51,995 nucleotides of DNA from NCBI GenBank assembly GCA_041576015.1, contig JBFGLT010000003.1:1-51995 (forward strand), read 5' to 3'. Made by a program: the position numbers and the translations under genes. The notes under the pieces are model-generated. The model made no database searches and was not told the origin of the DNA. It saw only the letters and a list, made by a program, of their open reading frames with translations. Origin of the DNA: Acidimicrobiales bacterium (GTDB lineage: Bacteria > Actinomycetota > Acidimicrobiia > Acidimicrobiales > SZUA-35). How positions within the stretch are numbered: the first letter of the stretch is position 1; the number at the start of each line of letters is the position of its first letter. Of the stretch, positions 36,720 to 45,193 are shown piece after piece.

Positions 36720-37487
36720 ATGTCGACAATGGCAACCAAGCTGGGTGGTCGGGTCGTGGCGTTGTGCGCGATCGGGACGCTGGTGGTGACGATCGCCAGC
36801 GCCTGCACGGTCGATGTCAAGATCGGCGGTGACGAGCTCACCGGTTCCGGCGTTCGGGAGACCAGGACCTTCGATCTGGCCGGCTTCGACCGGGTCGACG
36901 TGTCTCACACGTTCACAGCTGTGATCACCGTCGAGGCGGGCGGCGATCATCTTGTCGAGGTCACCGCCGACGACAACTTTTTCGACGCCGTGGAGGTGGA
37001 GGTTCGCGACTCGACGCTGCACATCGGGTTCGAGGACAGCGTCAACATCCGAAGCGACGAGCGGCCAGAGGCCATCGTGGTGGTTCCGGGCCTCTCGGGC
37101 GTGACCGGGTCGGGCGCATCTGCGCTCACGGTGGTGGCGTCCGGGACGGCGATCCATGACGTCGAGCTGAGCGGAGCGAGCACCCTCACCGCCGGGGGGC
37201 TGGCCGGCGCGGCGATGACCGTGGAGGCAAGTGGCGCCAGCACGATGACACTCGAGGGATCGGCGACCTCGGTCGAGCTCGGGGTGTCCGGCGCGTCGTC
37301 GGCGGATCTCGCAGGCCTGGTGATCGATCGTGCGAGGGTCGAGGTGTCCGGAGCCTCTCGGGTCGAGTTCGGAACGGCGCAGGCGGTGTCCGGCGACGTG
37401 TCGGGCGCGTCGACGGTCACCCTCGACGAGCGTACGATCGCCGACCTGGATGTGTCGGGCGCATCGACCGTGCGCCGCAGCTCCTGA
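36720..37487 (+). CDS. GIN-domain (DUF2807) beta-helix lipoprotein
   Basis: Lipobox ASAC and repeated SGAS units about every 19 aa; RBS AGGAGG. Confidence 0.8.
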   Translation: MSTMATKLGGRVVALCAIGTLVVTIASACTVDVKIGGDELTGSGVRETRTFDLAGFDRVDVSHTFTAVITVEAGGDHLVEVTADDNFFDAVEVEVRDSTLHIGFEDSVNIRSDERPEAIVVVPGLSGVTGSGASALTVVASGTAIHDVELSGASTLTAGGLAGAAMTVEASGASTMTLEGSATSVELGVSGASSADLAGLVIDRARVEVSGASRVEFGTAQAVSGDVSGASTVTLDERTIADLDVSGASTVRRSS

Positions 37488-37541
37488 CGCGCCACCGACG
37501 GATCGGACCCGGTAGGTGCGTTCTCTCAGCGACGCTCCTGC

Positions 37542-37584
37542 TTGACCACATGGACCGGTGCCGGTAGGATTTGTCCGGACATAT
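37542..37584 (+). promoter_or_regulatory. Promoter TTGACC-N17-TAGGAT with an overlapping palindromic operator
   Basis: Canonical spacing; near-perfect palindrome ATTTGTCCGGACATAT at 37569-37584. Confidence 0.6.
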
Positions 37585-37605
37585 CGGGCCATCGAAGGGA
37601 TCGCC

Positions 37606-38832
37606 ATGGGAACCTCCCATCATCGCATCGTCATCATCGGTGGCGGGACCGCCGGCATCGCAGTCGCAGCCCGCCTCGGTCTCCACAAGGAGACCGACAT
37701 CGCACTCGTCGAGCCGTCGACCAAGCACTACTACCAGCCGCTCTGGACCCTGGTGGGCGGGGGCGCAGCCAAGGCCAGCTCCACCGAACGCGATCAGGCC
37801 AAGTTGATCCCCAAGGGTGTCCGTTGGATCAAGGACGCTGCGGTCAATGTCGATCCCGACGAACAGCAGGTTCAGCTAGCGAGCGGCAACACGGTCGGCT
37901 ACGACGTGCTTGTCGTGTGTCCCGGCATCCAGGTCGACTTCGACCAGATGCCCGGACTGACCGAGACCTTGGGAAAGGACGGGGTCTCCACGAACTACAA
38001 GTTCGAGCTGGCCGCCAAGACCTGGGACTTCATCCGGGAGATGACCTCGGGTACCGCCGTGTTCACCATGCCGTCGGGGCCCATCAAATGCGGCGGCGCT
38101 CCGCAGAAGATCGCCTACTTGGCCGCCGACTACTGGCGCCGGGAGAACCTGCTCAACGACATCAACGTGGTTCTCGTCCTCCCCACCCCCGGCATGTTCG
38201 GAGTGCCCGAGTTCGCCCGGGTGCTCGAGCAGGTCGTGGACCGTTACGGGATCGACGTGCGGTTTTCCTCCGAGGTCACCGAGATCAACGCAGAAAACCA
38301 CGAGGTGGTCATCCAGGACTTGGCCAGCGACACCAAGTCCACCCTCGGGTACGACTTCGTCCACGCTGTGCCGCCCCAGAGTGCCCCAGACTGGATCAAG
38401 GCGAGCCCGCTCCCGGTCCCCGGCGATCCCAAGGGCTGGGTCGACATCGACAAGAACACCATGCAGCACAACCGCTACCCGCAGATCTTTGCCCTCGGCG
38501 ATGCCGGCAGCAGCCCGAACTCCAAGACGGGTGCAGCTATCCGCAAGCAGGCGCCGGTCGTTGTGCAGAACGTCATCGACTACCTCCAGGGGAACCGGGT
38601 GACCCGCCACTACGACGGCTATGCCTCGTGCCCGATCGTGACGTCGCAGAACCGCATGCTCCTCGCCGAGTTCGACTACTCGATGCGACCCCACAAGACC
38701 GTTCCCCTCATCGATACGCAAAAGGAGCGCTACGACATGTGGCTGCTCAAGAAGTACGGCCTTCCGTTCTTGTACTGGAACGTGCTGATGAAGGGCCGGG
38801 GAATGACGACACCGGGCGCCCTCGCCTCCTGA
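37606..38832 (+). CDS. sqr: Sulfide:quinone oxidoreductase (type II-like)
   Basis: GGGTAG, HYYQPLWTLVG, IKCGGAPQK, FALGD and YASCP motifs (two redox cysteines), plus LAEFDY. Confidence 0.88.
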   Translation: MGTSHHRIVIIGGGTAGIAVAARLGLHKETDIALVEPSTKHYYQPLWTLVGGGAAKASSTERDQAKLIPKGVRWIKDAAVNVDPDEQQVQLASGNTVGYDVLVVCPGIQVDFDQMPGLTETLGKDGVSTNYKFELAAKTWDFIREMTSGTAVFTMPSGPIKCGGAPQKIAYLAADYWRRENLLNDINVVLVLPTPGMFGVPEFARVLEQVVDRYGIDVRFSSEVTEINAENHEVVIQDLASDTKSTLGYDFVHAVPPQSAPDWIKASPLPVPGDPKGWVDIDKNTMQHNRYPQIFALGDAGSSPNSKTGAAIRKQAPVVVQNVIDYLQGNRVTRHYDGYASCPIVTSQNRMLLAEFDYSMRPHKTVPLIDTQKERYDMWLLKKYGLPFLYWNVLMKGRGMTTPGALAS

Positions 38833-38874
38833 CCATCTCCGGTCGTCCCCACCCGTGGGCGTTCACGTACCGAG

Positions 38875-38918
38875 GGTGACCTCGGACCCTGGGGCCGGGT
38901 GGAGCGGTCGCGTATCGT
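38875..38918 (+). promoter_or_regulatory. DosR/OsdR-like box plus -10 element (leaderless promoter)
   Basis: GGTGACCTCGGACCCT, 22 nt, TATCGT, 6 nt, ATG. Confidence 0.55.
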
Positions 38919-38924
38919 GCAGCC

Positions 38925-40427
38925 ATGGCGCCAGGAGTCGACAAGACCGGCCGTGAGCGCGAACTCAAACTGCTCGTCGACGAGGGGTTCGACGTTCCCG
39001 AGCTCGACGGCATCTTCAGGGGTGCGGAGCTCGGCGAACCCGAAGTCATCCGAAACGTCGACCGCTACTTCGACACCGCCGACCTGGCGCTCGCCCGCTG
39101 GGGGTGCACGGTCCGCCATCGCCGGGGCGAGGGGTGGACGGTGAAGATCGCCAAGCCGTCGAGCGGTCCGATTCTCGACCGGGAGGAGGTGGTCATTCCC
39201 GGCGAGGACGGCGAGCCGCCCTCCTCGGCGGTCGCCGTGGTCGCCCCGCTTCTCGCCGGACGGTTGCTCGAACCGGTCACCATGCTCGTCACCGACCGAG
39301 TTCGGCGCCGCTGGCGGGACTCCGACGGCCGGGTCGTCGCCGAGCTGGTGGACGATCAGGTGGCGGCAACCGGCCCCGCCGAGATCGAGCGGTTTCGCGA
39401 AATCGAGGTCGAACTGAAGGCTGAGAACGCAGAGCTGAAGGATCTGCGTCGGGCTGCCGAGGCGTTCGTCGCCGCCGGCGCTCGGCGAGGTGCTCCGGCG
39501 CCCAAGCTCGTGCGAACCCTGGGCCGGACGGCGGCAGGCGATCCCGATGTGCCGGAGCCCTCGATCGGCTCGAGTCCGACAGCCGAGGATGTCATCCGGG
39601 CGGCCGTGGCGACATCGGTACGGCGCTACCTCCTCTTCGCTCCCTCGGCCATCGTCGGCGCCGATCCCGAAGGTGTCCACCAGGCCCGGGTCTCGAGTCG
39701 CCGGCTCCGTTCGGATCTCAAGACATTCGGCCCGCTGCTCGACCCCGGCTGGAGAGACGAGGTGATCGCCCGGGCCAAAACGGTGACCGACCTGCTGGGC
39801 GCCGTCCGCGACGCCGACGTACTCGACACCAAGCTCCGCGATCTGCTGGCCAACCATCCCGAGATCGATCCGGCCGCCGGCGCCCTTCTCGAACGACTGG
39901 CCGGCCAGCGCCGGGCGGCCCGTTCCTCGATGGTCGACGGCCTGACCGGACCGGCCGGAGCCGCACTGTCGCACTACCTGATCGAGGTGGCTCGCGACCC
40001 GAGGGTTCTGCCGGCCGCCGACCGGCGAGCCAAGTCGACGATGGGGAGGCTCGTGCGCAAGCGGTGGAGGCGGCTCGAGTCCGCCGTCGAAGCCCTGGGT
40101 CGGGAACCCGCACCGGCCGAGCTGCACCAGGTTCGGATCCTCGCCAAGCGGGTCCGCTACGCCGCCGAGGCGGTCGTTCCTGCGCTCGGCCGTCCCGCTC
40201 GGCGGTTCACCAAGCAGGCGGCCCGGATCCAGGACGCCCTCGGCGAGCTGAACGATGCCGCCGTCGCCGCCCTCTGGCTGGGGCAGGCGGCCGAGCAACT
40301 CGGGGGGCGGGGTGCCTTCGCCGCCGGCCAGATCGCTCAGCAGCTGATGGCCGACGCCCTCGTCCACGAGGGCGACTGGCGGCAGGCCTACCAGAAGATG
40401 ACCAAGCTCACCGGCTGGATGAACTGA
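38925..40427 (+). CDS. CYTH + CHAD domain protein (polyphosphate/triphosphate-related)
   Basis: ERELK and EIEVE (CYTH); HQARV..RRLRS, HQVRI..KRVRY and QDALGELND (CHAD). Confidence 0.88.
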   Translation: MAPGVDKTGRERELKLLVDEGFDVPELDGIFRGAELGEPEVIRNVDRYFDTADLALARWGCTVRHRRGEGWTVKIAKPSSGPILDREEVVIPGEDGEPPSSAVAVVAPLLAGRLLEPVTMLVTDRVRRRWRDSDGRVVAELVDDQVAATGPAEIERFREIEVELKAENAELKDLRRAAEAFVAAGARRGAPAPKLVRTLGRTAAGDPDVPEPSIGSSPTAEDVIRAAVATSVRRYLLFAPSAIVGADPEGVHQARVSSRRLRSDLKTFGPLLDPGWRDEVIARAKTVTDLLGAVRDADVLDTKLRDLLANHPEIDPAAGALLERLAGQRRAARSSMVDGLTGPAGAALSHYLIEVARDPRVLPAADRRAKSTMGRLVRKRWRRLESAVEALGREPAPAELHQVRILAKRVRYAAEAVVPALGRPARRFTKQAARIQDALGELNDAAVAALWLGQAAEQLGGRGAFAAGQIAQQLMADALVHEGDWRQAYQKMTKLTGWMN

Positions 40428-40460
40428 GCCCGGCCGGCGATCACGCCGGGGGCCCGGTGC

Positions 40461-41609
40461 TCAGTAGCGGAGGATCGCTCCGAGCGGTCCGATCCCGGGA
40501 ACCTCCGAAGCGGGAACGACGTAGACGCTCCCCCCGTGCACCAACGTCTCGATGGCGGCGGTGTCGAACAGATCGCAATCGCCGGGCTGGCGTTCGCCGT
40601 GGCGTTCGACGACCTGCTGATCGGCCTCGAAGACGCCCCAGCGCCGGAGGCCGTCGGGCACGAAGAGCGTCTGGACCCGACCGTTGGCCGCCGCCGGGAG
40701 GACCTCGTCGAGGATCGACAGTGTCGAAGTGGCGGCGGCGTGGAACCGTTCGACGGCCAGAGCTCGATCTCCGAAGACCACCGGTTCGACGATCGGCCAT
40801 GCCCTGGTGTGGAGATCCTCGTTGCTCATGCGATCCGGGTTCCCCTCGATCCCCTCGCCGACGATGCGGGGATAGCGGGAGGCCTGCCGGTAGTAGGCCT
40901 GCACAAACTCCACCCCGGCCAGGACCAGCGGGCTCGACGTATCGGTGATGATGCTGTTGACGCCGTCGTCCACCATCCGGAGGAACCGCACCAGGTCGGA
41001 CTTGGAGGTGTCCTTCACGACCCCGTGGCCGTGAAAGGTGGCCTGCACCCGGCCGCGACCCACGCGCGACGCACCATGGCTCTGCAACTGACGTTCACGG
41101 TCGTCGAACCGGAGGGCGCTCTCCAGACTTCCGGGCATGTCCTCGACCTCCAGCTCGCTGACCTGGGTACGGTTTCCGCGAAGGAGGCGTATCGAGTGCT
41201 GACTGAGAGCTAGGAGGTAGTAGGTGCGATCCCCCGCGGCGGCCGGAATCAGCGGCTTCACATGGAAACGGTCGGCGGTGACGACCAGCTCGTCGACCGA
41301 GTTCGGCAGCCGGAACATGTCGATGGAATCGGGCGTCACAAGGATCGCCAGGCCGGTTTCGACGTGTGCCCAGAACCGGGCATCGGCGAGCAGTCCGGTG
41401 ACCGGCGCCATGAACTCGGTGATCTGGGTCTCGGTGAGCCCGAGTTGTTCGAGCTCCTTGGCAGCGGTCGCTGCGAGGTTCTTGAGTCGAATCGGGTCCT
41501 GGGACTGATCCGGGCCCGCCCGGTGGGTTGGAAGGAAGATCGAAACGCAGTGGGTGGCGCTGGTGCCGGCGAGTCGCTGTAGGTCGCTGGTCGTGATGTT
41601 GTCGAGCAT
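40461..41609 (-). CDS. Bacterial archaeo-eukaryotic release factor (baeRF) homologue, Balon/Rv2629-like
   Basis: CVSIFLPTH, IRLKNL, RFHVKPL, FHGHG, PLVLAG, GRVQTLF and GAILRY motifs; no GGQ; RBS AAGGAGG. Confidence 0.8.
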   Translation of the reverse strand: MLDNITTSDLQRLAGTSATHCVSIFLPTHRAGPDQSQDPIRLKNLAATAAKELEQLGLTETQITEFMAPVTGLLADARFWAHVETGLAILVTPDSIDMFRLPNSVDELVVTADRFHVKPLIPAAAGDRTYYLLALSQHSIRLLRGNRTQVSELEVEDMPGSLESALRFDDRERQLQSHGASRVGRGRVQATFHGHGVVKDTSKSDLVRFLRMVDDGVNSIITDTSSPLVLAGVEFVQAYYRQASRYPRIVGEGIEGNPDRMSNEDLHTRAWPIVEPVVFGDRALAVERFHAAATSTLSILDEVLPAAANGRVQTLFVPDGLRRWGVFEADQQVVERHGERQPGDCDLFDTAAIETLVHGGSVYVVPASEVPGIGPLGAILRY

Positions 41610-41657
41610 CGGGCCTCCTTGATCTGGCCGTTCGCGCTTGCATTCAGATCCTTGCCG

Positions 41658-41768
41658 ATCGTCGGCCGGTTCGCACGTGCCGTGCAGGGTCGAACGACAG
41701 GAACTCGGTCCACGCGTCGGGCGAAAGGACCTTGTACTCCTGCGCTCCGGTCCGGATCCGGGGATCAT
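41658..41768. promoter_or_regulatory. Divergent promoter region with two DosR-like boxes
   Basis: Minus strand: CCTGTCGTTCGACCCT (41701-41686), 22 nt, GACGAT. Plus strand: AAGGACCTTGTACTCC (41725-41740), 22 nt, GATCAT. Confidence 0.4.
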
Positions 41769-41788
41769 CGCACCAGAAGGAGGGACTG

Positions 41789-42322
41789 ATGCGAGCATTG
41801 ATCGTCTACGAGTCCATGTTCGGGAACACCCATCTGATCGCCGACAGGATCGGAGAGGGGCTGGCTCCCGCGTTCGAGGTGGACGTCAGAACGGTGGCCG
41901 ATGCGGCCGGTGTCGACGTTTTCGGTGTCGATCTGCTCGTGGTGGGCGGGCCGACCCACATGCACGGGATGTCCAATGCCAGGTCCCGTGAGTCGGCTCG
42001 CGAGACCGCCGAGGAGGACGACACCCTCGATCTCGACGTCGCCGCCGAGGGCCCCGGTCTCCGGCAGTGGCTCGACGACCTGGAGCGAGGTCAGGACACG
42101 GCGGCGGCGGCGTTCGACACCCGCGTGCACGGTCCGGCGCTGCTCACCGGCCGGGCCGCCAAGGGCATCGCCCGTCGCCTGGAACACCACGGCTTCACCC
42201 TCATCGCCGATCCCGAGAGCTTTCTGGTCGACTCCGACAGCCGACTCTTGGAGGGCCAGGACGACCGGGCGCTCCACTGGGGCGCTGAGCTCGCCAGGAT
42301 CCACACGGCCGAGATGGCCTGA
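41789..42322 (+). CDS. Flavodoxin-domain protein
   Basis: VYESMFGNT, VGGPTH and AAFDTR motifs; RBS AAGGAGG. Confidence 0.85.
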   Translation: MRALIVYESMFGNTHLIADRIGEGLAPAFEVDVRTVADAAGVDVFGVDLLVVGGPTHMHGMSNARSRESARETAEEDDTLDLDVAAEGPGLRQWLDDLERGQDTAAAAFDTRVHGPALLTGRAAKGIARRLEHHGFTLIADPESFLVDSDSRLLEGQDDRALHWGAELARIHTAEMA

Positions 42323-42326
42323 GGGA

Positions 42327-42370
42327 AGCGACTTCGGACCCTAGGCAGGCCCGAACACGCAGCGTCCACT
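42327..42370 (+). promoter_or_regulatory. DosR/OsdR-like box plus -10-like element (leaderless promoter)
   Basis: AGCGACTTCGGACCCT, 22 nt, TCCACT, 6 nt, ATG; identical geometry to 38875-38925. Confidence 0.55.
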
Positions 42371-42376
42371 GATCCC

Positions 42377-45193
42377 ATGCTGGGGTTCGGTGCCGGTGAC
42401 CGCTTGAATCCCACCGACGCCACCCTGTGGGAGATCAAGCGGGACCCGATACTGCGCACCACCATCGTGGCCGTCGCCCTTCTCGATCGGTCGCCCGACT
42501 GGGCTCGATTGCAGAGCACGGTGGTCCGCTCGGTCGAAGCTCTCCCTCGCCTCCGGCAGCGGGTCCACGACGGGCCGCTCGGCTTCGGTCGGCCGCTGTG
42601 GGTGGACGCCCATCCCGAGATGGCGTTCCACCTCCGGCGGGTCAAGGCGCCCACTACCGGTTCGCTGCGGGACGTTCTCGACATCGGTGGCGTCCTGGCC
42701 AGCCAGGAGTTCGACGCGCTCCGGCCCATGTGGGAGATCGAGTTGGTCGATGGGCTCGCCCACGGCCGGGCCGCTCTCCTGCTCAAGGTCAGCCACGCCC
42801 TGACCGACGGCATCGGCGGAGTCGCCTTGCTCCGCGCCTTCGACGACCGCTCCGGGCCCACTGCCCTCGCAGAGCTTCAGACGGCGCAGTTGCACCATGA
42901 GACCCCGACCCTCGAGTTCTTGGCGGGTGTGGTCCGGACGCCGGTCGATCTGTTCTCGATCGCCCTCGGCGCTGGACTTCACCCGTTTCAGACCATTGGC
43001 TCAGTGGTCGGTCTGGCCGGTTCAGCGGTGCGATTGTTGTCCCCGGCCGGACCGCCGTTGTCGTCCCTGATGATCGATCGAAGCGTGGACCGGTGGCTGG
43101 GCGCCACCGACGTGTCGCTCGAGGCGTTTCATCGGGCCGCCCAACGGGCCGGCGGGACGATCAACGACGCGTTCGTGACGATCGCCATCGCGGCACTCGC
43201 CGACCATCACCGTCGGTTCGGTGCTGACGACCGGCGATTCCGCATCACCATGCCGGTGAGCTTCCGGGCTCCTGACGACATCGTCGCCGGAAACCAGTGG
43301 ACGCCGGCTCGGGTGGTGCTGGACGTCCATCCCAATCGCCACCCCTACGATCAACTGCGGCGCCACCGGAGCCGCCTGCGCTCGGCCGCCCACGAGCCGG
43401 CGATCGGGATCAGCCAGCGCCTGGCCGCCGCACTCCAGCAGCTTCCGTCGGCCCTGACGGTCGGCATCGTCGCCGGCATGGTCAAGGGCTGCGATGCTGC
43501 TCTGACCGATGTGCCCGGAATGCAGGACCCTTTGACGATCGCCGGCGCCTCGGTCCACCGCCTCTACCCGTTCGCTCCCGCCGGTGGCGCCGCGCTGAAC
43601 ATCGGCTTGATGTCCCACGTCGAGTCGGCGTGCGTCGGGTTCAACGTCGACCGAGCCGCCGTCCCCGAACCAGCCGAGCTGGTCGCCCGTTTCGACGAGC
43701 GGCTCCACAATTTCCTTCGCCGCAGGCGACGCCGAGCCACCGCCGAAGTCGAGGACAGCGAGGCGGCCGGGCCATTCGTCGCCGAGCGATTGAGCGCTCT
43801 GGACACCAGCTTCCTGCGGATGGAGTCCGAGCGAACCCCGATGCACATGGGCGGGCTGTTCGTGATCGACGGTCGGAGTCTTCTCGCCGACGACGGCACG
43901 TTCGACATCGAGGCCGTTCGTCGCCATGTCGCCGAGCGGATCGCCGCCGCGCCCCGGCTTCACAAAGCCGTCAAGGAGACGCAGTTCGAGCTGGCCCGGC
44001 CCCGTTGGGTCGACGTCGACGGGCTCGACATCAACCACCACGTCGAGCACCTTCAGCTGCCTTCCCCGGGGAGTCGGGAGCAGCTGCTCGAAGCGTGCGA
44101 GGAGGTGCAGATGCGACGATTGCGTCGAGACCGGCCGCTGTTCTCCTTCACGTTCATCACCGGCCTCGATCCGGTCGAGTTCGGCACGGGTGCGGTGGCG
44201 CTAGTCGAGCGGATCCACCACGCCCTCCTCGATGGAGTCTCCGGTGTGGAGTTGCTGGCGGTCCTGTTCGACCCAACCCGGGAACCGGGTCCGAGCCCTG
44301 CGACCGAACAGCCTGAACCAGCGAGCGGTCGACCGGGCCGATCCCAACGCACGGTTGCCTCGGCGCTCGCCGAACAACTCCACGAGCCGGTCGAGATCGT
44401 GAGGCTCGGCCTCGATGCGATCCGCCACCCGCGGCGCACCGCCGACCGTATTCAGGCCGTGGCCGGGGCGCTGGACGACGCCGCTTCCAGCTTCGGCGGC
44501 GGGACGTCGTCCCTGCACACCCCGGTCGGCCGGCACCGAAGGCTGCTGCCGCTCACCTTCGACCTCGGTGCGGTGCACGCAACGGCCAACGCCCTCGGAG
44601 GAACGGTCAATGATCTCGTGCTGACGGCGTTGACCGAGGGGTTGCGGGCGCTCGTCGCCGAACGTGGCGAGCCCACCGATCGAGCGTTCCACGCCCTGGT
44701 ACCGGTTTCCACTCGACAGGCCGGGATGGACGCCCAATCGGGCAACAAGGTGGCGGCCCTCCTGGTGGAACTGCCGGTGAACGTGTCCGAACCGGCAGCC
44801 GCCTTCGCCGCAGTACGCGACCAGATGGTGATGCTCAAGACCGAGCATCACGCCGAAGGCGTTGAACTACTGCTCGATGCGGGCAACCATCTCCCGGCCG
44901 TTGCCGTGGACCTCATTTCGTGGATCACCCGGCGTCAGCCCTTCGCCGACCTCGTGGCCACCAACCTGCCGGGACCGCCGTTGCCCTTGTACTTCCGGGG
45001 TTGCCCGATCACCGAGATGGTGCCCATCGTGCCCCTCGGCTTCAACCTGACCGTGAGCGCTGCCACCTTGTCCTACGCCGGCGAGTTGGTGGTGGCCCTG
45101 CGGGCCGACCCCGATGCCTGCCCTGATCTTGACATCTTCGCCGAGGCCATCATCGGAGCCATGGAGCAGCTGATGGCGTCGGCCGCTGCCTGA
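42377..45193 (+). CDS. Tandem double-domain wax ester synthase/diacylglycerol acyltransferase (WS/DGAT)
   Basis: Two full modules, each starting with RL...D and containing GGT(I/V)ND and GN motifs; active-site motifs SHALTDG and HHALLDG. Confidence 0.88.
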   Translation: MLGFGAGDRLNPTDATLWEIKRDPILRTTIVAVALLDRSPDWARLQSTVVRSVEALPRLRQRVHDGPLGFGRPLWVDAHPEMAFHLRRVKAPTTGSLRDVLDIGGVLASQEFDALRPMWEIELVDGLAHGRAALLLKVSHALTDGIGGVALLRAFDDRSGPTALAELQTAQLHHETPTLEFLAGVVRTPVDLFSIALGAGLHPFQTIGSVVGLAGSAVRLLSPAGPPLSSLMIDRSVDRWLGATDVSLEAFHRAAQRAGGTINDAFVTIAIAALADHHRRFGADDRRFRITMPVSFRAPDDIVAGNQWTPARVVLDVHPNRHPYDQLRRHRSRLRSAAHEPAIGISQRLAAALQQLPSALTVGIVAGMVKGCDAALTDVPGMQDPLTIAGASVHRLYPFAPAGGAALNIGLMSHVESACVGFNVDRAAVPEPAELVARFDERLHNFLRRRRRRATAEVEDSEAAGPFVAERLSALDTSFLRMESERTPMHMGGLFVIDGRSLLADDGTFDIEAVRRHVAERIAAAPRLHKAVKETQFELARPRWVDVDGLDINHHVEHLQLPSPGSREQLLEACEEVQMRRLRRDRPLFSFTFITGLDPVEFGTGAVALVERIHHALLDGVSGVELLAVLFDPTREPGPSPATEQPEPASGRPGRSQRTVASALAEQLHEPVEIVRLGLDAIRHPRRTADRIQAVAGALDDAASSFGGGTSSLHTPVGRHRRLLPLTFDLGAVHATANALGGTVNDLVLTALTEGLRALVAERGEPTDRAFHALVPVSTRQAGMDAQSGNKVAALLVELPVNVSEPAAAFAAVRDQMVMLKTEHHAEGVELLLDAGNHLPAVAVDLISWITRRQPFADLVATNLPGPPLPLYFRGCPITEMVPIVPLGFNLTVSAATLSYAGELVVALRADPDACPDLDIFAEAIIGAMEQLMASAAA

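Noticed and set aside
37496-37511. Additional DosR-like half-site (TCGGACCCG) upstream of sqr
   Set aside because: The left half is poor, there is no -10 element at the 22-nt spacing, and sqr already has a canonical -35/-10 promoter.
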